DNA from: Macrostomum hystrix
Lineage: Eukaryota; Animalia; Platyhelminthes
Direction of reading: 5' to 3'
Assembly (NCBI GenBank): GCA_950097015.1
Contig: CATNEN010000002.1
Span: 6,634,001 to 6,698,000 of the forward strand
Length of the DNA: 64,000 nucleotides
The notes under the pieces were generated by a model. The model made no database searches and was not told where the DNA came from. It saw only the letters and a list, made by a program, of their open reading frames with translations. The translations under genes were made by a program, and so were the position numbers. Shown here piece by piece: positions 24,401 through 35,434 of this stretch. Numbering within the stretch: position 1 is the stretch's first letter; every line of letters starts with the position of its first letter.

Positions 24401-26932
24401 TTTGGCCTAGCAGACATGAACATGCGACAGTGGATGTCGAATTCTGACATTTTCAACCAAGCACTGCCTGCTCAGGATGTTGGTCACGCTGCCAAAGTCT
24501 TAGGTATTCAGTGGCACGCAGACCGAGATGCGTTCACCTTGGACTTTCGCGAGTTGGCGAGTCAAACAGAGAGACCCTCTTCAAAACGCAACATGCTTCG
24601 CCTACTCGCGACTGTGTATGACCCAATCGGCATTCTGGCACCCGCCGTGATTATTGCAAAGGTGTTACTGCAGCAGTTGTGCATCCGGAAAGTCGAGTGG
24701 GATGACAATCTTCCGCTGGATATTGATCAGGCCTGGACATCGTGGCTAAAGTCCTGGTCCAACAGCGTTTTTGAGGTCCCTCGCTACATTTTTCAGGCGT
24801 TAGATTCCTTTCCAAGCAACATCGAACTTCACGGCTTCTGCGATGCAAGTGAGACAGCCTTTGCTGCATGCATCTATGCCCGCGCCAAATCTGAATCTGG
24901 CGGTATCTCTACGACGCTGCTCTTGGCAAAATCGCGTGTCGCTCCACTTTCGAATCTGTCCATTGCTCGGGTGGAGTTACTGGGTGCACTCATCTTAGCA
25001 CGCCTCATGCATCTCGCGTCACAGCAATTTCCTGACGCTGCTCGCTTCTTGTGGACAGACAGTTTAACTGCGCTCTGTTGGATTAAAAACACCGACAAGC
25101 TACGCAAGTTATTTGTGCAAAATCGGGTCAAGGAAATTCGCAGTCTAACAGCGGTCTCGGAGTGGCGACATGTGCCAGGTGAGCAGAATCCAGCAGATAT
25201 CCCATCTCGTGGTTGCTTGCCAGTCAAGCTTCGTGATAATTCGACTTGGTTCCATGGACCGCCATTCCTGCTGACTGACCAATACCCCTCTGCTGAGCGC
25301 ACAGATCTTCCAGCACCCGTTCGCGAAGCCGTTGAAGTCGAATCTGCTAAGGTGCTTAGTGTGACAGCTTCCGACACAGAGCATTCGGATAGCGTGGCTC
25401 TTGACCCACCGGGTTATGGCATCTCAACGCTTCTGGAGATCAAACGTTTCTCTTCATTCAACAGGTTGCTCCGCGTGACATCATGGGTCAGGCGGTTCAT
25501 CTTTAACATGCGTGCTTCTGTGACGAGTTTGCCACTGCTCCAATCTACGTTTCTAACGGCAGCTGAGCTGAACGAAAGCGAAGTCTTGTGGTTTGGCGCA
25601 ACTCAGCGGGCGGCCTTCGAAAAGGAGTTCAACCATTTACTTGGAAAGACAGCGACCACACCGCTTAACAGAGATCTGAACCTGTTCGTTGACAGCAACG
25701 GCCTGCTTCGTTCCCAAGGCCGCATTGGTGAAGTGTTCTCATTTCAAACCAATAATCCCATTCTGATCCCACGGCACAGTCGTCTCGAGCAGCTCGTTAT
25801 TGAGCGAGCTCATCGGTCTGTCGCACATGGGGGAGTGGCGGCTACGCTATGCAAAATCCGAGAGAAGTTCTGGATACTCAAAGGCCGTCAGAGGGTGAAG
25901 CAGGAGCTTTCGCACTGTGTTGTATGCCGGAAGATGCAAGGTCGCGCTTACTCAGTGCCTGTTATTCCCCAATTGCCGCAGTTTCGGTTGTCAGATGTAC
26001 GTCCCTTCCAGACGGTCGGTCTCGACTATTTTGGTCCGATTTTATATCGGACGGGGGAGGGTGATGGCGCTAGCCAGCTGCTGTCTAAGGCGTACGTCTT
26101 ACTCTTCACGTGCTCATCCTCTCGAGCAGTGCACCTAGAGCTTCTGCCAGACCTGTCGACTCAGCAGTTTTTGCACGGACTTCGACGTTTCGTAGCGCGT
26201 CGAGGCATTCCTTCCTTAATTAGCGATAATGCGAAGACTTTCCGGTCTGCTGCACGAATCCTCGGTGCAAGCACTAGTGAGCAAGTGCAATCTTTCTGCG
26301 CTGAGAAACGAATTGTCTGGCAGTTTATTCCCGAGAAGGCCCCTTGGTGGGGTGGATTTTGGGAACGACTCGTCGGTGTGGTGAAAAGCGCTCTGAAGAA
26401 AAGCGTCGGTCGCGCACAGCTCGGCTTCGATCAGCTGGCCACAACAACAATAGAAATAGAAGCTGTCGTCAACAGTAGACCGCTGCTTTACGTCTCCGCA
26501 GATGACAAGAGCGAAGTCATTACACCCTCACACTTTCTGAGTGGTGTACGTCTTACTCTTGAGCCTGACAAGTACTCTGAATTTTCGTCCGTTGTGCTGC
26601 CACTTTCGAGCCGTCTTAAATTGCTTCGAAAGGCGTTGAATTCATTTTGGGACGTCTGGCACACGTCGTATGTCACAGCCCTCCGGGAGAAGTCGTTAAA
26701 GGTGCAAGGTGGGGGCCCGGAGCCCAAACCTGGCGATGTTGTCGTCGTCAGCGGCGAGCCGCGCCAACCTAGGCTGTCGTGGAAGTTGGGTGTGATTGAG
26801 TCAGTCTGCAGAGGTCGGGACGGTTTCTGTCGCTCGGCTCTAGTGCGGGTAGTCAGTGGTGTAGGGGGTCGAAGGTTGGAGCGCATTAGACGACCAGTGC
26901 GGGCCTTAGTGCCACTTGAAGTCTCTGAATAG
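21446..26932 (+). CDS. BEL/Pao gag-pol polyprotein (~1828 aa)
   Basis: DUF1759-like LPTFNGTIAGWQPFWDQF; three Cys/His knuckles (CTYCGLGHRSEAC, CFRCLRTGHGLRMC, CRNCGGAHHVSIC); protease LLDTAS; RT LGDIEKAFLQ and YVDN; RNase H LHGFCDASE; integrase HHCC zinc finger and GLDYFGP/SDNAKTF/EAVVNSRPL; first ATG at 21446. Confidence 0.96.
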   Translation: MSSQMKKRSVIRAAVTRTINRAEKILSLESLDAEAKADAEAYIDLLENKLEALEEADALVQEELAEDKMEAELEESYEYSFRGRKYIKLLGSILASTVKSHSPDAPSQSEHSAQPQAQALPQVKLPKRELPTFNGTIAGWQPFWDQFSSSVDSNSSLAEVDKFNYLLASLSESAKACIRGLAVTGANYQAAIEILTGRFGKPDLIIRDLMHQLSELRLTDTSLSSLQRFHDDVSAAVRSLEARGVNPTSYESLLLPNLLKRCPDEFRLELLKSANQAGADCDSIKEFLRLLSADIEVREKAAVIGKRSGQDRDRLASLPKPSLSTLAVQSGPKDFSRGSAGQVYCTYCGLGHRSEACNKFAMVASRRARLQQENRCFRCLRTGHGLRMCNDSRKCRNCGGAHHVSICVPATHTPKTSGQHIHVAQNEGGKKGKRPMSRDQCLPTSAEQTDATLQKQSTSTLNNSNPASAAGSSVTVCATRDDRKLSGSPTISSNHFTATMFVSSNPSVALPVAKAILLSPDGQREILVRVLLDTASNRSYIREDVCELLGIESATTESLTVSTFTGIKATIASGSVSISIRKIDSHQVLKLRANVVKEICQPQRSVLVNEFPHLQGLDLADPYDPRDASTPISILIGADHYYDIVGGEVVRGRDGPAAVSSKLGFVLCGPVKLGDTLSSRSSSATLEGQLHATQALCCSAADPLVIRKTHECELSDFWRLDTLGILGTQHESSVDAFACEPQLVNGRYEVKLPWKLPQESRSLKDHFDMAYKRLSSSVRALSRNPDIVEKANQIIREQEASGIIEKVPGTDLQESVDCHYLPHSCVTKMDSENTKLRIVFDGSARAGHGDFSINDHLQVGPTDLPRIPAILIRFRRNPVAVLGDIEKAFLQISIHASERDKLRFLWPDPDNEQQILHYRFCRLPFGLTCSPGILRTTILHLVDTHESVFPQYAQIIRQDLYVDNLVTSCKSEAEALDLYSAVKRLFGLADMNMRQWMSNSDIFNQALPAQDVGHAAKVLGIQWHADRDAFTLDFRELASQTERPSSKRNMLRLLATVYDPIGILAPAVIIAKVLLQQLCIRKVEWDDNLPLDIDQAWTSWLKSWSNSVFEVPRYIFQALDSFPSNIELHGFCDASETAFAACIYARAKSESGGISTTLLLAKSRVAPLSNLSIARVELLGALILARLMHLASQQFPDAARFLWTDSLTALCWIKNTDKLRKLFVQNRVKEIRSLTAVSEWRHVPGEQNPADIPSRGCLPVKLRDNSTWFHGPPFLLTDQYPSAERTDLPAPVREAVEVESAKVLSVTASDTEHSDSVALDPPGYGISTLLEIKRFSSFNRLLRVTSWVRRFIFNMRASVTSLPLLQSTFLTAAELNESEVLWFGATQRAAFEKEFNHLLGKTATTPLNRDLNLFVDSNGLLRSQGRIGEVFSFQTNNPILIPRHSRLEQLVIERAHRSVAHGGVAATLCKIREKFWILKGRQRVKQELSHCVVCRKMQGRAYSVPVIPQLPQFRLSDVRPFQTVGLDYFGPILYRTGEGDGASQLLSKAYVLLFTCSSSRAVHLELLPDLSTQQFLHGLRRFVARRGIPSLISDNAKTFRSAARILGASTSEQVQSFCAEKRIVWQFIPEKAPWWGGFWERLVGVVKSALKKSVGRAQLGFDQLATTTIEIEAVVNSRPLLYVSADDKSEVITPSHFLSGVRLTLEPDKYSEFSSVVLPLSSRLKLLRKALNSFWDVWHTSYVTALREKSLKVQGGGPEPKPGDVVVVSGEPRQPRLSWKLGVIESVCRGRDGFCRSALVRVVSGVGGRRLERIRRPVRALVPLEVSE

Positions 26933-27320
26933 CTATTTGTTGTTTCAGTGTATGCCTTGAAGTTTCCATAATCAATGTGAAATAAACTTCAAGCAAATTT
27001 TCTTGTGCTTTGTCCATTTAAGATTGTAATTCATTCGCTTATCCAGTCTCTCATCCGTGCTTATCTCGTATTAGCGTTAAGTAATTTCGCCTTTGGTGTT
27101 GGTGTATTTATTAAAATTTCTTCACCAGTCAGCAATGGCTACTCACTCTAAACTGTTACGCATGCTTGTTATTTCGCTCGTGTTTCGCCTTGGTGTTGGT
27201 GTATTTTTCCCCATATTTTCAATCCAAAAAAACCATGCTTATTCCCTTTGAACTGTCACGCCTGCTTTTGAGCAAGGTCTCGTTTTATTAAATGTTTCAT
27301 GAAAAATGGTTCCCATTTTT

Positions 27321-27327
27321 GGGGGAG
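27321..27327 (+). other. Polypurine tract GGGGGAG
   Basis: Directly abuts the 3' LTR. Confidence 0.75.
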
Positions 27328-27652
27328 TGTCGCGGAAATCATTATTGTTAAACTGTTATCTATCTATTATCGATTTTTCCCCGTGTCCCTTTCCATACTG
27401 ACCCCCCCTCCAGTCTAGCTTCTGCACCCACCTTGTTTTCTCTCCCTCTACGCACGTTATTGTATGTTAACCCCAATGTACATCCACCCAGGGTTTCGTA
27501 CCCTCTTTTGTCTCTCCTCACTGTCGGCCCCAATTCCTTCCTTGCATATCGAAATATAATATAGTTAGAGGCCCGGGGCAAGGCCTTTCTCGGTCGTTCA
27601 CTTTTCTAGCCCGTTCAAATCAACACCATTAGTTATCCTCATTTTCTTAACA
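27328..27652 (+). repeat. 3' LTR
   Basis: Identical to the 5' LTR; followed by TSD GTAGA. Confidence 0.98.
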
Positions 27653-27807
27653 GTAGAATATGGGCAATGGGAATTTAACGAAATCGATTCAAATTTCTTT
27701 TGTAAACCGAAATTCTGTTTTATTTGAAGACACTTGTGTAATATTTTTATTAACAGTGTCTAGCTTGTGAAAATACATTGGAAGTAAACAAAACAACACA
27801 AAATGAC

Positions 27808-28700
27808 AAAACTGTACAGCTAAATCACACTTGTCTAAACTGTACAGCTAAATCACACCTGTATAAACTGTACAGCTAAATCACACTTGTCTAAACTGTA
27901 CAGCTAAATCACACCTGTCTAAACTGTACAGCTAAATCACACCTGTCTAAACTGTACAGCTAAATCACACCTGTATAAACTGTACAGCTAAATCACACCT
28001 GTCTAAACTGTACAGCTAAATCACACTTGCCTAAACTGTACAGCTAAATCACACCTGTATAAACTGTACAGCTAAATCACACCTGTATAAACTGTACAGC
28101 TAAATCACACCTGTCTAAACTGTACAGCTAAATCACACCTGTCTAAACTGTACAGCTAAATCTCACCTGTCTAAACTGTACAGCAAAATCACACCTGTCT
28201 AAACTGTACAGCTAAATCACACTTGCCTAAACTGCTCAGCTAAATAACACTTGTCTAAACTGTACAGCTAAATCACACCTGTCTAAACTGTACAGCTAAA
28301 TCACACTTGCCTAAACTGTACAGCTAAATCACACCTGTCTAAACTGTACAGCTAAATCACACCTGTCTAAACTGTACAGCTAAATCACACCTGTCTAAAC
28401 TGTACAGCTAAATCACACCTGTATAAACTGTACAGCTAAATCACACCTGTCTAAACTGTACAGCTAAATCACACCCGTATAAACTGTACAGCTAAATCAC
28501 ACCTGTCTAAACTGTACAGCTAAATCACACCTGTCTAAACTGTACAGCTAAATCACACCTGTCTAAACTGTACAGCTAAATCACACCTGTATAAACTGTA
28601 CAGCTAAATCACACTTGTCTAAACTGTACAGCTAAATCACACCTGTCTAAACTGTACAGCTAAATCACACCCGTATAAACTGTACAGCTAAATCTCACCT
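27808..28700. repeat. 28-bp minisatellite AAACTGTACAGCTAAATCACACCTGTCT (~32 copies)
   Basis: Period measured as 28 (27901 to 27929). Confidence 0.96.
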
Positions 28701-29288
28701 TGCAATGTCATCGTCTGAAAAATGAAAAGTCATCAAAAACTTTGTCGACCTGTTACTCTATCAACGCATCGGAAAGTTCACAAACGCCTGACCAATTATG
28801 AAGACAAACTTGCTAATAAACGAAATCAGAAGATTTGGAATCGTGTCAATTTTGGTCGAATGAATGCCGAATAACACTGTCACAGCCAATTTTTTGTCCT
28901 TTGCAACTCGCACTTCCCTGATCCCCTTGGGAACAGGGGAGCCTGCACAGTAGCATTATCCCCATCATGTACTGTGAGCCTACAAGTGCTGCGGCTTCTG
29001 TTGCATGGCTATATACATATTTATTCTGAAAATTACATTCCTCCACAGCCTTAGTGTCAGGAATAGGTCATCCATCCTGCCTTTAGGACGGCCAGAAACA
29101 CATTTCTACACATTTATTAGCACATTCCATTAGGACTGTTATTTATATCAATGAATGGGAAGAACTGGAACACTGGAAAACTTCACAATTCCGAGTCCTT
29201 CCATTAAGTTTGTTGTGATTCGGAGAACAAAAAAAATTAAACTTAAAAACTAAAAAACACAACCTGAAATTATGAGCTCTTATTAACT

Positions 29289-31310
29289 TTAAAATCTCAC
29301 CCCTGAAGTGATCCATTCAAAATCTCACCCCTGAATTGATAAATTCAGAATCTCACCCCTGAAGTGATAAATGCAAAATCTCACCCCTGAAGAGAGGAAT
29401 TCGAAATCTCACCTCTTAAGTGAGGAATTCAAAATCTCACCCCTAAAGTGATAAATTCAAAATCTCACTCTTGAAGTGATAAGTGCGAAATCTCACCCGG
29501 AAAGCGAGGAATTCAAAATCTCACCCCTGAAGTTAGGAATTAAAAATGTCACGCCTAAAGTGATAAAATCAAAATCTCACCCCTGAAGTGATAAATTCAA
29601 AATCTCACCCCTTAAGTGAGAAATTCAGAATCTCACCCCTGAAGTGATAAATTCAAAAACCTAACCCCTGAAGTGATAAATTCAAAATCTCACCCCTGAA
29701 GTGATAAATTCGAAATCTAACCCCTGAAGTGATAAATTCAAAATCTAACCCCTGAAGTGATAAATTCAAAATCTCACCCCTTAAGTGAGAAATTCAGAAT
29801 CTCACCCCTGAAGTGATCAATTCGAAATCTCACCCCTTAAGTGAGAAATTCAGAATCTCACCCCTGAAGTGATAAATTCAAAATCTCACCCCTGAAGTGA
29901 GAAATTCAGAATCTCACTGAAGTGATAAATTCAAAATCTAACCCCTGAAGTGATAAATTCAAAATCTAACCCCTGAAGTGATAAATTCAAAATCTAACCC
30001 CTGAAGTGATAAATTCAAAATCTCACCCCTGAAGTGAGAAATTCAGAATCTCACTGAAGTGATAAATTCAAAATCTAACCCCTGAAGTGATAAATTCAAA
30101 ATCTCACCCCTGAAGTGATAAATTCAAAATCTCACCCCTGAAGTGAGAAATTCAAAATCTCACCCCTGAAGTGAGAAATTCAGAATCTCACCCCTGAAGT
30201 GATAAATTCAGAATCTAACCCCTGAAGTGATAAATTCAAAATCTAACCCCTGAAGTGATAAATTCAAAATCTAACCCCTGAAGTGATAAATTCAAAATCT
30301 CACCCCTGAAGTGAGAAATTCAGAATCTCACTGAAGTGATAAATTCAAAATCTAACCCCTGAAGTGATAAATTCAAAATCTCACCCCTGAAGTGATAAAT
30401 TCAAAATCTCACCCCTGAAGTGAGAAATTCAAAATCTCACCCCTGAAGTGATAAATTCAGAATCTAACCGCTGAAGTGAGGAATTCGAAATCTCACCCCT
30501 GAAGTGAGGAATTCGAAATCTCACCCCTGAAGTGAGGAATTCGAAATCTCACCCCTGAAGTGAGGAATTCGAAATCTCACCCCTGAAGTGAGGAATTCGA
30601 AATCTCACCCCTGAAGTGAGGAATTCGAAATCTCACCCCTGAAGTGAGGAATTCGAAATCTCACCCCTGAAGTGAGGAATTCGAAATCTCACCCCTGAAG
30701 TGAGGAATTCGAAATCTCACCTCTTAAGTGAGGAATTCAAAATCTCACCTCTTAAGTGAGGAATTCAAAATCTCACCCCTGAAGTGAGGAATTCGAAATC
30801 TCACCCCTGAAGTGAGGAATTCGAAATCTCACCCCTGAAGTGAGGAATTCGAAATCTCACCCCTGAAGTGAGGAATTCGAAATCTCACCCCTGAAGTGAG
30901 GAATTCGAAATCTCACCCCTGAAGTGAGGAATTCGAAATCTCACCTCTTAAGTGAGGAATTCAAAATCTCACCTCTTAAGTGAGGAATTCGAAATCTCAC
31001 CCCTGAAGTGAGGAATTCGAAATCTCACCCCTGAAGTGAGGAATTCGAAATCTCACCCCTGAAGTGAGGAATTCGAAATCTCACCCCTGAAGTGAGGAAT
31101 TCGAAATCTCACCTCTTAAGTGAGGAATTCGAAATCTCACCCCTGAAGTGAGGAATTCAAAATCTCACCTCTTAAGTGAGGAATTCAAAATCTCACCCCG
31201 GAAGTGATAAATTCAGAATCTAACCCCTGAAGTGAGGAATTCAAAATCTCACCCCTGAAGTGAGAAATTCAAAATCTCACCCCTGAAGTGAGAAATTCAA
31301 AATCCAACCC
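29289..31310. repeat. 28-bp minisatellite AAATCTCACCCCTGAAGTGA(TA/GG)AATTC(A/G) (~72 copies)
   Basis: Period 28 (30601 to 30629). Confidence 0.96.
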
Positions 31311-31893
31311 ATTCATTCTATTCATTTTAAGAGTGAAAAGTCCACATCCCATGTTGATTAAAAAGTAAATTCAACCTAAAGACATTGGAAGCTACAAGCT
31401 GTGTACTCTACAGCCTAATGCGGCTGGAACTCTAAGACCAAATACTCACTTAGCTTTAACCGTGCAACTATTTTTAGATCTTTAAGAAGCTGAACTGTAA
31501 CGATAATAACTCACAGAATACTCAATGACGTTACGGTTAAGTATCAATGCCATCGACAGCAACTGGCATTTATATTTCATTTGGCAGACACGGAAAAGCT
31601 TTTAAGGAATAACAGAGCCATCGAGGGTAGCTGCTGAAACACCAGCGCGCACCTGGGCCCCAGAAACACGCGAAAATGGCTGCGATCTCTACAGAACCAG
31701 AAAATTTACGGTTCCCGAGATAATTAAAACTGGAGTCTAGACGGAATACATCAGAGAAGCTATGTTAAAATAATTGGACAGTTTTTCGAATAAGAAAAGC
31801 AGCTAGCATAAAATTAAGATTTACGAGAATTTTAAAGATGAAGGTTTCATTTTACTTGTGAAAGTAGAAGACGACATTTAAAAAAAATTATTT

Positions 31894-32448
31894 ACAAAAT
31901 CTCATCCCTCAAACACAAACTACAAAATCTCATCCCTCAAACACAAACTACAAAATCTCATCCCTCAAACACAAACTACAAAATCTCATCCCTCAAACAC
32001 AAACTACAAAATCTCATCCCTCAAACACAAACTACAAAATCTCATCCCTCAAACACAAACTACAAAATCTCATCCCTCAAACACAAACTACAAAATCTCA
32101 TCCCTCAAACACAAACTACAAAATCTCATCCCTCAAACACAAACTACAAAATCTCATCCCTCAAACACAAACTACAAAATCTCATCCCTCAACAAACTAC
32201 AAAATCTCATCCCTCAAACACAAACTACAAAATCTCATCCCTAAAACACAAACTACAAAATCTCATCCCTCAAACACAAACTACAAAATCTCATCCCTCA
32301 ACAAACTACAAAATCTCATCCCTCAAACACAAACTACAAAATCTCATCCCTCAAACTGAGACTAAAAAATGTGACCTCTCAAATCACAAGCTGCAAAGTC
32401 AGACTCCTCAAATTACAAAATATAAAATCTCATCCCTCAAACACAAAC
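31894..32448. repeat. 28-bp minisatellite AAATCTCATCCCTCAAACACAAACTACA
   Basis: Period 28 (31981 to 32009). Confidence 0.96.
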
Positions 32449-32489
32449 TATATAATCTATATTATCTCCAGCTTTTAAACAGGACTCAC

Positions 32490-32782
32490 CAGTTTTGCTT
32501 TCGAAGTCGTGCTCAAACGATTTCAGCAACTTCTGCAGCTTGTACTTTTCGTCCTTAGTCAGTCGAATCTCTTCAGTCAGTAGCGCGATGTTGCCGGCCG
32601 CGGCCTGAGCTGCCGGCGTTGAAGTCGGCGCCAGACGCTCCCCTGTCGAGGACGCTCCGGACGAAGGCGTCTGTCGCGACGGGGCGGCAGCAGTCTGACG
32701 CAGTAGGCTAAAGTCTTGCGTCACCAAGAAGTCGCTGCTGCCCGCCCGTCGGGCGTTGCCGGCGCCACCTCCGCCGTGGCCT
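32490..32782 (-). CDS. FAM13: FAM13-type RhoGAP, exon 6
   Basis: Acceptor CATTCGCAG|A (phase 2), donor G|GTGAGT; LTKDEKYKLQKLLKSFEHDFESKT begins the last FAM13 repeat. Confidence 0.85.
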
Positions 32783-32908
32783 CTGCGAATGTCAGGCGTT
32801 GTTTTAGTTAAAAAACTGTTTTCCTTGCATTTCTACTAATAGTAGATTATGTGAATTTCAGAAATAAAATCACAGAAAATGCAGTATTTATACTGTTAAC
32901 GCGCTTAC

Positions 32909-33366
32909 CTGACTGCTTCAGCAGTCGACCAGTCGTAGCCGCCAGACGGTATGCTGATTGTCGCGTAGTTATGATTGCCAGCGACTGTCGCCGAGGCGGC
33001 ATCCCCAGGTGCGGTAGCTTGCGCCAGCAGCTTCTTGACTTGCCTGTAGCGATCGTAGAGCGGCTTCATCAGGTCCTTCTCTCGCTTAGAGCTGGGCCGG
33101 CCGTGCAGGTTCTCATAAAGCAGCAGGGCCTTCTGCAGGGCCAGCTTTTCGTCGGCAACCTGGCGCTGGTTCATCTGGTCCAGCGACTCGGGACGGCCAG
33201 CCTGCCGGCGCTTCTCTTCTAACCGGCCAATCAGCGTGTGGAATGTGTCCTCCATGGCTGAGGCCGCTAGCTCCTGATGCTGCTCTTGCTGCTGCTGCTG
33301 CTGCTCCTGCGGCTGGTGCTGCTGATGGCGGTGATGGTGATGATCGGACGGCTGCTGTCTGGGATG
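32909..33366 (-). CDS. FAM13: FAM13-type RhoGAP, exon 5
   Basis: Acceptor TCTTTGCAG|CAT, donor AG|GTAAGC; LEEKRRQAGRPESL...EKLALQKALLLYENLHGRPSSKREKDLMKPLYDRYRQVK is the conserved FAM13 C-terminal motif. Confidence 0.92.
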
Positions 33367-33449
33367 CTGCAAAGACAAGCGTCAACAACTAATTCGATAT
33401 AAAGTACCACCCGATTAGCCTTTTGTGGCAGACGCAACCCTGAACTCAC

Positions 33450-33515
33450 CTCTGCTGTACCGCCAGATGCTGTTGCGCTGGATCTTCGCACGGGTGTGGG
33501 TGTCGGAGTGAGGTC
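33450..33515 (-). CDS. FAM13: FAM13-type RhoGAP, exon 4 (66 bp)
   Basis: Acceptor CCACAG|GAC, donor GAG|GTGAGT, phase 0-0, DLTPTPTPVRRSSATASGGTAE. Confidence 0.7.
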
Positions 33516-33646
33516 CTGTGGTTGATGTGGTTTCGAGCACTTTGTTAGATATGAGAAATGAAAAGCAGAAAGTTGTTCTAAAAGCGTATGAACGCTTTAC
33601 CAATACCTCAATTATCGCTCGTATAGATAAATTGTTTTTTTATGGG

Positions 33647-34200
33647 AGTAGGTGTAGGGAGTAGGATATTAGGGGATCTAAGAATGGGGTAGGATAAAGG
33701 GGGAACTAAGAATGGGGTAGGATAATAGGGGATCTAAGAATGGGGTAGGATATTTGGGGATCTAAGAATGGGGTAGGATATTTGGGGATCTAAGAATGGG
33801 GTAGGATAATAGGGGATCTAAGAATGGGGTAGGATATTTGGGGATCTAAGAATGGAGTAGGATAATAGGGGATCTAAGAATAGGGTAGGATGTTTGGGGA
33901 TCTAAGAATGGAGTAGGATAATAGGGGATCTAAGAATGGGGTAGGATAATAGGGGATCTAAGAATGGGGTAGGATAATAGGGGATCTAAGAATGGGGTAG
34001 GATATTTGGGGATCTAAGAATGGAGTAGGATAATAGGGGATCTAAGAATGGGGTAGGATATTTGGGGATCTAAGAATGGGGTAGGATAATAGGGGATCTA
34101 AGAATGGGGTAGGATAATAGGGGATCTAAGAATGGGGTAGGATATTAGGGGATCTAAGAATGGGGAAGGATACATGGGATTTACGAATCGGGTAGGATGA
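33647..34200. repeat. 28-bp minisatellite GGGGATCTAAGAATGGGGTAGGATAATA
   Basis: Period 28 (33901 to 33929). Confidence 0.95.
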
Positions 34201-34407
34201 TATGGGATCTAAGGGTAGGATATCATGGCATATTATAATGGGGTGGGATCACAGGTGGGATCTAATATTGGAGTAGCATTGTGTGGGATACTAGAGTATT
34301 GTTCGAGCTAGAATATTGTGGGATCTCAGGACTACACGGGATCTAAAGACATGATCCATCGCACATCCAGAAAAGGATCTCAATACAGACGGCACCGAAG
34401 CCCGTAC

Positions 34408-34924
34408 CGGGTGATCGGACCGCAGGGCGCTGACGGCGGTGTTGGCGGTGGAGAGCGGCGTGTAGTCGGTGACGCTGTGCGACGACTGTGGCGTGGTGGC
34501 CGAGGGCAGAGCTGACGACTGCGGAGTGTCCGTCCAGTCTTCAACAGCTGCTGAAGTCGAAGCCGACGCGGATGTCGATGCCGACTTCGCGGCCTTCAGC
34601 TGCCTTTTAGCGACCTGAAGCCGTGCGTGGGCGTCAGCCAGCTCAGGATAGGCCGCTCGGTCGGACCGCCCCGGCTTCCTGCCGTGGTCGGAGAAGAACC
34701 GATTCTCCAGGTCGGTTAGTTGACGGTTCAACGATTGAACAGTTCGCTGCAGTTGTTTGACTGACGGCTGCTGCTGCTGGGGATCTTCGGCGACGCTGGA
34801 TGAGGACTGGCCAGCTGGCATGGGCATCTGGTGATTGTGCAGGTGATGGTGGTGATGGTGATGAGTGGTGGAAAATGATGAAATGGAGGACGGATCGGAC
34901 GGTTTGGACTTCGCATGTGAGTGG

Positions 34925-34974
<50 letters not shown>

Positions 34975-34989
34975 AGGGTGCGACGAATG
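34408..34989 (-). CDS. FAM13: FAM13-type RhoGAP, exon 3 (poly-Q/poly-H plus first FAM13 helical repeat)
   Basis: Acceptor CATCCGCAG|CAT, donor CCG|GTACGG (exact donor less certain); VKQLQRTVQSLNRQLTDLENRFFSDHGRKPGRSD resembles the FAM13 middle repeat; pure (CAG)15. Confidence 0.8.
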
Positions 34990-35125
34990 CTGCGGATGGT
35001 AAAAGTTGAAATGCACATAACCTAAAACATCAGTAAGACTTGGTCTAACATCATGGTCTATCAACGTTTAATGACGCTTATAAAGTAATGCCCTATTTTC
35101 CAAGATCTATCAAATTATCCTATCA

Positions 35126-35260
35126 AAGTTCCTAAAATTCCCTTAATTATCCTCACAGTTCCTAAAATTCCCTTAATTATCCCCACAGTTCCTAAAATTC
35201 CCTTAATTATCCCAACAGTTCCTAAAATTCCCTTAATTATCCCAACAGTTCCTAAAATTA
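35126..35260. repeat. 30-bp tandem repeat CCTAAAATTCCCTTAATTATCCCMACAGTT (~4 copies)
   Basis: Direct reading. Confidence 0.9.
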
Positions 35261-35434
35261 TCCGCGCAGTTCCCAAATTTATAAAATTAAACCTGAAGTT
35301 CCCATGATTTACTCGTATTAACTTATACATGGTCATGTGAGCAGGACTCCTTATCTCCCACCAACTCAAACGCTCATCGCCCATCACCCAGATGAGAACT
35401 AGAGTACACGCGAGTCGTCGCTGAGCACACTCAC

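Larger units (their letters stand above)
20537..27652 (+). mobile_element. Full-length BEL/Pao LTR retrotransposon (7116 bp)
   Basis: Two 325-bp TG...CA LTRs identical by eye, 5-bp TSD GTAGA (20532-20536, 27653-27657), PBS, PPT, single uninterrupted gag-pol ORF in BEL domain order. Confidence 0.98.
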
